In this document: positions 19,904 to 30,800 of the stretch, piece by piece
Layout of the letters: each line of letters begins with the position of its first letter
Position numbering within the stretch: the first letter of the stretch is position 1
DNA from: an uncultured Clostridium sp.
Lineage (GTDB): Bacteria > Bacillota > Clostridia > TANB77 > CAG-508
Assembly (NCBI GenBank): GCA_946639585.1
Contig: CAMPBS010000006.1
Location: 181-64,180, forward strand
Direction: 5' to 3'
DNA: 64,000 bases
The notes under the pieces: model-generated
Seen by the model: the letters and a program-made list of their open reading frames with translations, nothing else
The model's database searches: none
What the model was told of the DNA's origin: nothing
Program-made: the position numbers and the translations under genes

Positions 19904-20860
19904 TTAATACCATCCTTTTGATTGTGAATGATTCCATGCTGAAGCTGGTGAACCATATCTACCTTTAATGTAACCTAATCCCCAGTTAATTTGAGTCATA
20001 TAGTTTGTTTGATATTCTGGTCCAGCTGATGCCATTTTGTTTCCAGGTAAAGCTTGTGGGATTCCGTATGCACCAGATGATCTGTTGTATGCGTTTACTC
20101 TCCATCCACTTTCTCTATTCCATAATTTTACTAAACAGCTGAAATCGTAATCTGACCATCCATAATCATAACATCTTTGTTTTGCATAAGCTTGATAGTC
20201 TGCTACTGTTCCTGATACTGCTGCAGGTATTTCTCTTTCTACTGCTGCTCTTGAAGTAACTTTTTGTACTTGAACAATTTTATTTACTGGTTCTTTTACA
20301 ACAACCTCAGATAAAACTGTTCTTTCTATTTCAACTTCTTTTTGATATTTGATTTTGTATGTTATTTCTTTTAATCCGTCTTTACCTTGTTGAATTACTC
20401 TATTTTTTGTTTCGTCGCCTGTTCCTGTTGCTTCTTTTGTTATTGTTTCAAATGGTATTGCCACTTGCTCAACTACTATTTTCTCTGTAATTGGTGCATA
20501 TGTTTCTAATAAATCTTCTAAAGATGTTTCAACTGTTTCTTCTGATACTTTTGATATTTGAATTTCTCTTTCAGATTTATCTTTTATTTCTATTGTTTGA
20601 CCATCTTCAACTTCTTCATCTGTTCCAGGTAGTACTTTTTCGTTATCTTCTATTAAAATATTATTTTCTTCTAGTATTTCTGATACTTTCGTTTTTGCAG
20701 TTAAAACTGTCATTTCATAACCATTGTGAAGTACAATTTTTACGCTGTTTAATTTTTTATTTACAGCTAGTACTCCTATTCCTGATATTAGTACTAGAAT
20801 TATGCTTATGCATATTATCTTCATTATTGATAATGAAGCTTTTTCCTTACTATTTTTCAT
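19904..20860 (-). CDS. YabE/RpfB-like protein: N-terminal anchor, DUF348, G5, C-terminal lytic-transglycosylase-like domain
   Basis: G5-like QQGKDGLKEITY...EPVNKIV; C-terminal RESGW...AYGIPQALPG...YIKGRYGSP; located next to tatD. Confidence 0.85.
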   Translation of the reverse strand: MKNSKEKASLSIMKIICISIILVLISGIGVLAVNKKLNSVKIVLHNGYEMTVLTAKTKVSEILEENNILIEDNEKVLPGTDEEVEDGQTIEIKDKSEREIQISKVSEETVETSLEDLLETYAPITEKIVVEQVAIPFETITKEATGTGDETKNRVIQQGKDGLKEITYKIKYQKEVEIERTVLSEVVVKEPVNKIVQVQKVTSRAAVEREIPAAVSGTVADYQAYAKQRCYDYGWSDYDFSCLVKLWNRESGWRVNAYNRSSGAYGIPQALPGNKMASAGPEYQTNYMTQINWGLGYIKGRYGSPASAWNHSQSKGWY

Positions 20861-21102
20861 ATAATTTTATTACCTCCTTCTGGCAACATCTTTATTATAC
20901 TATATTTTTTCAATTTTGTCAAATTTTGGTACATTTTATACAAGCTTACGGAAACAAGCATTGTCCATTTTTGCATTATGTAATTAGTATTTGAACATCT
21001 TCTTAAATAGAGCTTTAATAATATTATATGATAAAAATTTTTTTTTATGACTTTTTGTTGTATATAATTTCTATCCTTTTTAAGACTATTTTATTTTGGT
21101 TA

Positions 21103-21879
21103 TTATAGCAATCCAAATAGTTCGCAAGCATTGTTATAAGTAGCTTCGGCGATTTCTTCTATTAGCATATTTCTTGCTTGCGCTATTTTTGCAGCTACTA
21201 GTTTTACATTTATTGGTGTATTTCGTGTTCCGCGAACTGGCTCTGGCGCCAAATATGGGCTGTCTGTTTCTATTAGCATTTTTTCTAATGGCACCATATT
21301 AATTATTTCTTCTGCATTTTTTGCATTTTTAAATGTTATTACGCCTGAAAATGATATATAAAAGTCAAGTTTTAAAGCTTCTTTTACTAGTTCTCTATTT
21401 AATGGGCAACAATGGAATACGCCCTTATTTACCACATTATTTTCTTTTAGAACTTGCAAAGTGTCCATTACAGCATCTCTTGTATGAATTACTATTGGTA
21501 AATTTAGTTTGTTTGCAATTTCTATTTGTTTTTTAAATGCTTTTAGTTGAAGTTCTCTATTTTCTTTATTCCAATAATAGTCTAATCCAATTTCTCCAAT
21601 TGCAACTACTTTTTTATTTTGCGCTAATTGTTCGATTTCATCAATCTCTTTCCACAATTCTTCTTCATTTTGTGGAATGTCGTTCGGAGAAATGCCTGCT
21701 GTTGCATAAGTAAAATCACAATTTTGAGCTATTTCTATTGCTTTCTGTGAGCCTTCTAAATTATAACCGCATGTTAAAAATTTTGTAATGTTTTCTTTTT
21801 TTATTTTTTCTATCAATTCATCTCTATCTTCTTCAAATTTTTCATCATTTAAATGTGAATGTGAATCAAAAAACTCCAT
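21103..21879 (-). CDS. tatD: TatD family DNase
   Basis: FDSHSHL, AIGEIGLDY, IHTRDA, ETDSPYLAP; start at ATG 21879 with GGAGG. Confidence 0.95.
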   Translation of the reverse strand: MEFFDSHSHLNDEKFEEDRDELIEKIKKENITKFLTCGYNLEGSQKAIEIAQNCDFTYATAGISPNDIPQNEEELWKEIDEIEQLAQNKKVVAIGEIGLDYYWNKENRELQLKAFKKQIEIANKLNLPIVIHTRDAVMDTLQVLKENNVVNKGVFHCCPLNRELVKEALKLDFYISFSGVITFKNAKNAEEIINMVPLEKMLIETDSPYLAPEPVRGTRNTPINVKLVAAKIAQARNMLIEEIAEATYNNACELFGLL

Positions 21880-21927
21880 GTTTACCTCCATCTGATTAGA
21901 AAAAGCTGCCATCGGCAGCTTTTTGCT

Positions 21928-23448
21928 CTATTGTATGTAATAATTTAAGTTTATATCTTGGCCTAAGTGCCATTTTCCTATAAAATCTATGTATAGGTTG
22001 TTGTCTAGGTTGTATGTTGGTTCTACTGCTACGTTTCCTTTATTGTCTATTGCTCCCCATTTTCCGTCTTTTTTTACTGCTGCATATCCGCATGAATTTT
22101 GCTCTTTTGCATCATCATATTTGTAATCTACTACTACTTTTCCTTCTTTATCTACAAATCCGTATTTTCCATCTTTTTTGCTTAGGAATAAGTTATTTGC
22201 TACTAATACATCACTTGCATTTTTTTCTTCAAATTTGAAGTTGTAGTATTTGTATTCTTCACCAACTCTAATTTTTATATATCCTTTGTCTTCGTTTACT
22301 TCGTTTACTATTCCTGTTAGTTTTACTTCGAAGTTGCTATCTAATATCTTTGCTGATGCATTTTCATCTTCTAATATGTAGATATCAGCGCTTTCGATAT
22401 ATTTTATTGTTTTATTTTCAAATCCTATTTTTGCTTCATTGGCTATATTTATTATTCCATATTTGTCGTCTTTTTTTGCTATGAATATTCCGTCTTTTGC
22501 TTCGTGTAAGTCTTGATATTCTGGATTTATTTTCACTTCGCCTTGAAGGTTCATTATACCTGATTTACCTTCTTTTTCAAATATTATGCCATTTTCTTTG
22601 TTTTTAAGTATTTCTTTTATTTTGTCATATCCTTCGCCTAACACTATGTTCCCATCTTTATCTACTATTTTTTGTGCTGTTCCTTCAACTATAACATAAA
22701 GATCGTTTCCGTATATTTTATCAACTTTTTCAAATTTAGGTTCTAACACTTGTATCCCTAGGTAATTTACTACTCCAAATTTGTCATCGTCGCCTTTTAT
22801 TATAAAGCCTGATTTGTCATCGTTTCCAAGTGTTTCTATATCTTTGTATTTGTTTTCAATTATAACTTTTCCTTCTGCATTCGCAATTCCGATTTTTTCG
22901 TCTTTCTTTGTTTTTAACGAATTTTTTATTCCTTTTATTGCTGTTATTTCATCATATTGACATGCTAGTATTTCTCTTCCGTCAAGATTTATTAGTCCAT
23001 ATTTTCCGTCTTTTTCAACTCTTAATACGTTTTGCTCATACCATAAATTGTTGTTTTCGTCACTATTTTGAATTGCTTCTATTTGAGTATAGTTTTTGAA
23101 AATTTGCTCATTTTTGCTGTTTAGGGCTTTTGTTTTGTAATCGCCTGTTTCATAATTCACATCATATGTACAGATAAATACGTCTTTTTTGTTGTCTGGA
23201 ATTATTATCATTTCAGCATATGATGGGTCAATTATTGTTTCTCCTTTTGAATTTATTACTCCCCATTTGTTGTCTTTAAACATTGTGTAGTAGCTTTCTC
23301 CAGTAATTTTTCCTTTATCTGTTCCCTTTTTTAATATTCCTTTTATTATAAATACAAACATTATTACTACCGCAATTGCTATTAGCACTGCAAATACTTT
23401 TTTCATGTTTAGCTTTGGTTCTGTATCATATCTTCTTCCTCTTGACAT
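21928..23448 (-). CDS. WG-repeat-containing membrane-anchored protein
   Basis: N-terminal TM; repeated K(W/Y)G(V/L/F)I(N/D)xxG motifs. Confidence 0.85.
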   Translation of the reverse strand: MSRGRRYDTEPKLNMKKVFAVLIAIAVVIMFVFIIKGILKKGTDKGKITGESYYTMFKDNKWGVINSKGETIIDPSYAEMIIIPDNKKDVFICTYDVNYETGDYKTKALNSKNEQIFKNYTQIEAIQNSDENNNLWYEQNVLRVEKDGKYGLINLDGREILACQYDEITAIKGIKNSLKTKKDEKIGIANAEGKVIIENKYKDIETLGNDDKSGFIIKGDDDKFGVVNYLGIQVLEPKFEKVDKIYGNDLYVIVEGTAQKIVDKDGNIVLGEGYDKIKEILKNKENGIIFEKEGKSGIMNLQGEVKINPEYQDLHEAKDGIFIAKKDDKYGIINIANEAKIGFENKTIKYIESADIYILEDENASAKILDSNFEVKLTGIVNEVNEDKGYIKIRVGEEYKYYNFKFEEKNASDVLVANNLFLSKKDGKYGFVDKEGKVVVDYKYDDAKEQNSCGYAAVKKDGKWGAIDNKGNVAVEPTYNLDNNLYIDFIGKWHLGQDINLNYYIQ

Positions 23449-23516
23449 TTTTTATCATTCCTTTCCAAAGTTCATTTTTCTGCCACAACTATATCACATT
23501 TTTTTCAATCTTGCAA

Positions 23517-23551
23517 GTTTTTTGTCAAAATCCTTGACATCATTAATAAAA
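23517..23551 (+). repeat. 35-bp direct repeat, copy 1 (contains TTGACA)
   Basis: gttttttgtcaaaatccttgacatcattaataaaa identical to 23946-23980. Confidence 0.92.
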
Positions 23552-23567
23552 TATACTATAATTTAAA

Positions 23568-23682
23568 TAGTAAAAGATAAATATTTACTATTTAAATAAA
23601 TAAGAGACTAGGCAAAGCCTAATCTCCGTTCCTGTTGGGACTTGATGTAGTTTTTGAAGGGGTTACATCAAGTCTTTTCTTT
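23568..23682 (+). ncRNA. Candidate type I antitoxin RNA
   Basis: Perfect TTGACA(23534)-17 nt-TATAAT(23557). It overlaps the 3' end of the hydrophobic peptide gene and ends in gacttgatgta...tacatcaagtc plus ttttctt. Ends are approximate. Confidence 0.65.
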
Positions 23683-23777
23683 GTCAATTTAAAAGAATAA
23701 CCTACAATACCACATACAAAGATTAAGACCGAAATGCTCAATAATATCAAGCTAATCCCTATGTACACTTCCATCAT
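23619..23777 (-). CDS. Small hydrophobic peptide (51-52 aa), putative type I toxin
   Basis: AAGGAGGTGAT RBS; (M)MEVYIGISLILLSISVLIFVCGIVGYSFKLTKKRLDVTPSKTTSSPNRNGD*; own promoter TTGACT(23897)-17 nt-TATATT. Confidence 0.7.
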   Translation of the reverse strand: MMEVYIGISLILLSISVLIFVCGIVGYSFKLTKKRLDVTPSKTTSSPNRNGD

Positions 23778-23945
23778 ATCACCTCCTTAAATTGCATTTA
23801 TAATAGTACCTATAGTACTACTAACAGATACAATTCAAGTTCCTTTGTGATCCCTTTACAGTGATACCAATATATCATATTGAACCTATGAAGTCAATAT
23901 GATAATATCAAAATATTAACTTTTGCTTTTTAAAGAATATTGACT

Positions 23946-23980
23946 GTTTTTTGTCAAAATCCTTGACATCATTAATAAAA
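23946..23980 (+). repeat. 35-bp direct repeat, copy 2 (supplies the -35 of the tmk promoter)
   Basis: Identical to 23517-23551; TTGACA(23963)-17 nt-TATAAA(23986). Confidence 0.92.
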
Positions 23981-24012
23981 AGGGTTATAAAAAAATAAGG
24001 AGGTAATGAAAA

Positions 24013-24774
24013 ATGTTTAATTTGGTTAAGGATGAATTTGATGCGAATGCTGACGATATTTTAAAATCTATAAATAATATGCTTAATAAAAATGAAGCTA
24101 AAGGAAAGCTTTTTGTAATTGATGGAACTGACGGAAGTGGTAAACAGACTCAATTTCAGAAATTACAAGAGCGTTTAGATAAAGAAGGTATTGAATATAA
24201 AACTGTAAGTTTTCCAAACTATGATAGCCCTAGTTCTAGCTTAGTTAAGATGTATCTTTCTGGCGAGTTTGGAAAAAATGCTAAAGAGGTAAGCCCTTAT
24301 ATTGCTTCAACTTTTTATGCAGCTGATAGATATGCTACTTTCCAAAAGGAATACAAGGAATTTTACGAAAATGGTGGAATTATTTTAGCAGACAGATATA
24401 CTACTGCAAACATGGTTCACCAAGCTGGAAAAATCGAAGATAAGGAAGAATTGGAAAAATTCTTGGACTGGCTTTGGGATTTTGAATTTAATCTTTATGG
24501 TTTGCCTGTTCCAACTGAGGTGTTTTTCTTGAATATGCCTGTTGAAAAGTCTTTGGAATTGATGAAAGATAGAGATAATAAGTTTACAAATGATTCTAAG
24601 AAAGATATTCATGAAAGTGATGTTAACCACTTAAAAGATGCTCATAAGGCAGCTTGCTATGTTGCTAAGAAGTATGACTGGTTTGAGATTAATTGCGTTG
24701 ATGCAAATGATAATATTAGAACTATTGATGATATTCATGAAGAAATTTTCCATGAAATTAAATATCATATTTAA
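24013..24774 (+). CDS. tmk: Thymidylate (dTMP) kinase
   Basis: P-loop IDGTDGSGKQTQ, ADRY motifs; AAGGAGG RBS. Confidence 0.88.
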   Translation: MFNLVKDEFDANADDILKSINNMLNKNEAKGKLFVIDGTDGSGKQTQFQKLQERLDKEGIEYKTVSFPNYDSPSSSLVKMYLSGEFGKNAKEVSPYIASTFYAADRYATFQKEYKEFYENGGIILADRYTTANMVHQAGKIEDKEELEKFLDWLWDFEFNLYGLPVPTEVFFLNMPVEKSLELMKDRDNKFTNDSKKDIHESDVNHLKDAHKAACYVAKKYDWFEINCVDANDNIRTIDDIHEEIFHEIKYHI

Positions 24775-24777
24775 TGA

Positions 24778-24812
24778 AAAATAAAATCACGGCTTTGCCG
24801 TGATTTTATTTT
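24778..24812. terminator. Bidirectional terminator between tmk and the 3657-aa gene
   Basis: aaaataaaatcacggc-ttt-gccgtgattttatttt. Confidence 0.85.
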
Positions 24813-27800
24813 ATTTGTTTATAAAGCGTTTGACTAATATAATTCCAGAAGCTAGTACTGTTAGAATTCCTATTCCAACTATTGCTTTTCCTATGTAATC
24901 TTTGTCTTCACCTTGTGCTGGAGTTACTGTTACGTATTCTGCACTATCGTATAATGGTGCATATGTTGGGTCTGCGTTTGCTCCTGTTTTTTGGTCTGTG
25001 TCTACTGCTACTGAAGCAATTTCTACGTCGTTGTCTATTTTTATTTCGTCACCATTTGCAATTATTTTTGATGTTTTTATTGTTCCAACACGGCTTTCGC
25101 CTGCATTGTAAGGATCTTTTACTAATGTGTTGTCTGGATTACATTGTACTATTTCTTTGTTTTCTAGTTTTATTGCTCTTATAACTTTTGTTGATAACGC
25201 ATTATTTTTATACTTGCTTTTTTCCCATTCCTGAATAAATTCTTTATATATTTTAGCTATACATTTTCTTGCTTCTTTTGAACTTAGTGCATTTCCAAAA
25301 GCTTCATAGTTGCTAAATAAGTTCATTTCTTCAAGAGCTGCCACAATCTCCTCTTCATTTTTATTGTTTCCAACTTTTTCATATATGCTCATTATCAATT
25401 TTTCTGTAGCTGTTTCTTGTTCAAGGTCTCCATCAGGAACTTTTAAGTACTTATCTCCTGTAGTAGCTGCTTGCCAGTTATCTTCAGCTGCGCTATCTGA
25501 TGTTATTGTTGCTCCACCTGAGTAATCATATAGATTTGTTGCTTTCAATTTCAATTGTTTTCCTTCTTCAGCTAGGCCGAATAAATAGTAACGTAAACTA
25601 TCATAATCTAGTTCGCTTAGTGCGGATACTGTGATGTCATATTCTGTTTCAACTTTCATAGCTTGCTCTATGTCTTTGTCGATTTGTGCATATAAGTATC
25701 CTAAATTATATCCACCTGATATGAATCTTTCTCCGGCTATTGCGTTTACTTTTCCGTCTATTCCTATTGTTGCTATTATTATTGGTCTTCCTTCTGGTGT
25801 TGTTACTTTGATTGATTTTATACGTTTTTGAACGCTCATTGCACGTTTTGGTCTTTCTATGATACCGAAGTCAACTTTTTGAATGTTAAAATCAAATCCA
25901 TTAAAAGAATTATCTTTTAATTTTTTACTATCTTCATCTGTTGTTTGACCAGTTTTTTCTCCATTTTTTTCTACACCAACAACAAATTGCGGTGTTTTAG
26001 AATGCATATAATTACTTCCGTCTTCGCCAGTTTTACCATTAAAGAAATTAGATACTGTATTATATAATTCATCTTGTCCTTGATATGCATCACTTCCAAC
26101 GTTTAATGTTTTCATATCTATTGCAAGTCTTCTTATATAGTCATCCTTAGCATCTGAGTATTGTATTTCCTCTTCTAACCATTTATAACCATCTTCGTAC
26201 TCAATTTCATCATTATATAAAGCTGTATTTTTATTGGTAATTTTTGGATTTGAAAGTATTGTACATTTATAACGAGATACATCCTTTCCTCCTAAGTTTT
26301 CGCCCCATACAAATTCTACTCTATATTCACCTGGAATAAATCCTGTCATATCGAATTTACCATCGCTTCGACTTGAAAATGTTTTTTCTGTTTGCCATTT
26401 TGTTCCATCCCAGAATTGTGCTGACTTTCCATTCGTATCAACAAGTTTAACTTTTACATTTGAAACTGGGGTATCATTTCCCATATTTCCACCTGTTGGT
26501 CCATTATAAATACCATCACCAATTCTTTCTTCTCCTGGATCAATTTTTCCATTGTTATTTATATCATATAGTTTTTCTTCAGAATCGCGGTTATTATTAC
26601 CATTTTTGTCTTCCCATTTTACTGGTGCATCTTCGAACACATATCCAGTAATCTGTCTTTGACTTGGTTCTATTACTGCTAAGCCTGGCGCTCTGTCTTC
26701 GTCATCCTCTTTTTGGTCAGCCGCATATCCAGCTCTAGATTTTAGAGTATTAGCAAGTGTATTTGGTATTGATGTACTATCTACATGTGCATATCTATTT
26801 GTATAACCGCCTTCATATACAGAGTAACTTGCTATTTCTGAATAATTTTCGAAATCACTTATTCCATCAGCTACATATGTACTATAGTTATTTTTCAATG
26901 CTTCCTTATCTATTTCAAATGTGATATAAAGGAATTTTGTATTTGTACCGTCAGATGATGTTAATGGTTTCAATTGGGCTTTATCAGCTAAATTTATTTT
27001 ATAAGCTTGATAATTCTTTCCGCTACCTGCTCTTATTGCTGGTATTTTTGTTGCTGTTACGCCCTTATTGTATAAATTGTTTCTACTATTTGCAAAATAG
27101 TTATTATCAGGTTGTATATTGTCTGTTATGTAGATTCCTTTTATTGTATACCCTTCTGAGAAATACTCGTATAAAGAATTAACTCTAGTATATAGGTTTG
27201 TTGAAGCATTTTGAAGTTTAATTTTATATGTTATTGTTGCGTTTAATTCTTTTCCATTAGCATCTTCAGAACCTTTTTCTATATCGCCATAGTATACGTC
27301 TGCTTCATATAATGGTAATCTATAATCTTCATCAAAATCTACTGCTGTTGATACTTGTTGAGCTTCTAATGTTTTAAGTTTTTGATTATACATGTATGTA
27401 TATTTTATATCATTTATAGATATATCTGCTTTATATATATCCTTTTGCAGTGTTAAATTTGGTTGTTCTCTTAAATATAAACCTAAGTTTAAGTTTGGAA
27501 TTTCCTTTAATAATTTTACAGCATTAGTCTCGTAACCATCAAATACTGATGGTGTTTGGTTATATGCCATTAAGTCATAATAATATTTTAATATACTTTT
27601 TTCAGTATCACCATCATCAAACTTATCAATTGAAGCTTTTACTAAATAATTATAAGTTTTACCCTTTGGGGAGTTAAATTGTACAGTTGGATTATCATCA
27701 TCAACCTGTTCTAGATATGGTTTATATGTATTATCTAAGAATACTTGGCCATCCTTTTTAATATAATGCAAGTTTTTATTTCCTTTGTATGTTATTGTTT

Positions 27801-30800
27801 GTCCTTCTCCTGTTAATTCTTTAAAAGCATTATTTAAATCTGTTCTATCTGTTGTTTCAGTTGCTTTTGATGTTTTTGAATCTGGATGTTGCACATCATT
27901 TCTTGTTTTTTTATCATTTATTTTCAAAGGAGCATTTTCTGATGTATATTCTGGTACTACAGCTTCGTATGTTATACCGCAGTAATCAAATTCAATATAA
28001 TAGTTCTCTAAATCTTTTATTTTTACTTTGCTGAATTTATAGTTTCCATCTCCATTACATCCTGCTTTTTTGTCTCCTGTTTGTACTCTAGCCATTTCTA
28101 TTGTGTGTGGTGTGCCTTTTTTATCTGTAATTCTTTTCATTAGTCTTACTGTGATATTATTTATGTTTTTGTCATTTTCGCCTGTTACTCCAACCATTTT
28201 TTGGTTGTCTCGGTTTATTTTATCTTTACCGCCAGGCATATCTTGCCATACATTACCGCTAATATCGATAAATGTTTGCTCGTTTTTATATGTTTCATTT
28301 GTAACTACTGGTTTGGTTATATCTGTTTTATCGATGTTTTCCTCAACTTCTACTTTGCCTAGTAATTTTGCGCAATCACTCAACTTTAAATTTAAACCAT
28401 TTGAGCTATTTATCGCATTTATACCAGCTGTGCTTGCATCGTAAACTGCTATTGTATCATATTTTTTCAAATCTGCATCTGTATTTGTTGGACTTTTTTC
28501 CAAGTAATCTGCATTCAATGCAAAGTAGTCTTGATACTCTTCAGGAATGTATGTTTCATATGCCCAATATGGCATTTTTACATTCTCGCTATGCCAAATT
28601 GGAATTTTCCACACAGTTGGAGTATAACCCTCTGCATCTGTTTCTAATGCTGTAGCTTCATCATACGTTGCATGTAAGTCTGTAACTACGTATTTACCAT
28701 CGGTATTTTCTTCAACTTTTAACCATCCCATTCCCTGATTTGACATACATCTTATTTTTATTTTTACGCCTTTTAATGGTGTTCGTGTTAATTGGTCTAT
28801 TTTCCTAAATTTAACCGCCCCATACCATTGGTTGTTTGTATATGTTACTAAACAGGTATTGTATATTTTCTTGTTATTTACATCATATCCATGATATTTA
28901 TATTCTTGCGATAAGTTTTCCTTAAATGCATCATCGACTTTTATTGTTTCTATACGTTTTCCTGTTTTCACTTCGCCATTATAAGTGAATGTTCCAACAT
29001 TATATAAATATTCGTATCCAGATGCATCGATTTCGAATATTGAATAATTTTTTTCTGCTGCTCCTATTACTGGTAAAGGTATTCGTTTTATTAACCTTGT
29101 ATAACCTTCTTTTCCATTTTCGCCAGTTACGAATACAGCTGTATTTGTAGCTCCTTCAGAAGCTCTCATTGATTCATAAGTTGTTTTTACACTTCTATAT
29201 ATTCCATTTGCATCTGCTGTTAACCAGCTTCCTTTTTTGTTTGAATCAGTGCTATTTGTGTCTTCTGCAAGTATTGCGAATTTTATATCATTTAAATGGT
29301 CTCCATCTTTATTTTTCTTCTCAATTTGAATTGAAAAATAATCTCTAGCATTGTATCCTGTCCAAGTATATTTTCCATTAGTTGATTGAACTACATTTGT
29401 AGTACTGCTTCCAGAAGGCCTTTTAGCATAAATAGTTAATGGTTCTAGTAATGTAAATTCCTTTGTTGTCTTTGATAATACTTTAATCTTTTTAGTTGTA
29501 TCTATATTATATGGCGTAAAAAATTTAGCTTTATATGTTGTTCCATTATATGATGCGCCTGAAGGTCTTAGAGTATAATAATCCTCTACTCCTGTTGGAA
29601 GTGCTGTTTCTACAAACCAGTATTTTGCACCGCTTTCCAAACGTCTTATTATTTCTGTTTTACCATCTGCTTTTGTTGTTAGTTCGGTAGCATCATTGAA
29701 ACTACCATATACTACATCACTATGTTCATCGTTTGGATTTACTTTGCGTACCCACTTGTATGTTCCATTTGCTTCTTGTTTGCATACTTTGAATTTGAAA
29801 CCAGCGTAGTTGTTGTCAAATGTTCCGTTGTAATGGTCTCTTTTCTGGATTTGAAGTGAGACGTAGTCACGGGTGTTAATAATAGTCTCTGGAGAGAATT
29901 TTCCATAAGTATTATTGATATCAGAATAATACATACTATTATATCTATCTAACTCGGCTACTTTCTTTAATGCATAAGTACATCCGAATGTGTTTGTATA
30001 TGGATCTGCTTTATACAAGTCTCTCAATTCAATAGGCATTTCCGATTTACCCATTCTTGCTAAATCTCCATGACTATCAATTATCTCGTATATAGCATAT
30101 TGCCCTGGTGCCAATCCAACTATTTCTCCAGTATTTCCATTAGAATCTGTTGTAAGAATAATTGCAGTACTACTATCAAAGTAGCCATCTTGATATTGTA
30201 TTTTTCCACTTGAATTTTTAGCTACCCATCCATCTCCTACTTTATTTACTAGAAAACTGATTCCAGATAAATTCAATGGGTTTCCATTTTCATCTACACC
30301 TAGTTCATCTTCTTTATGAATAGATAGGTTTCCTTGCAAATGATAGAAATGATATGTCTTTTTAATGCTCTCCTTCTTAGGTGCAGGACTATATTCATAA
30401 GTTGTCTTACTTACATCAGCTGGTACTTGATAAATATCAGGAAGAACTTGTGATGTATTATAATCATCTACTCTGTGGTATTTCTTTTGGCCATTAAAAT
30501 AATAGTATTCCTCTTTTGTATATTCAAGCTTTTCATATACGCATACATCATAAATATATTGATAATTCTTCAAGTCGTTTTCTGTTACTTTTAAATAGAA
30601 AGTAGCATTTTGTTTATTTTTCAAATCTAATTCGCCACCTGTAGAATTATATGCCTTGGTTATTGTTCCAGAATTTTTTCCTGTTCCTTTAATTTCAAAA
30701 GTATATGAAATATTGAAATTATTGTCTGTTGTTCTTGATGTTATAATTCCATTTTCTTTTTTTACTCTTTCAACAGAGCTATTAATATTAAATGGTCCCA

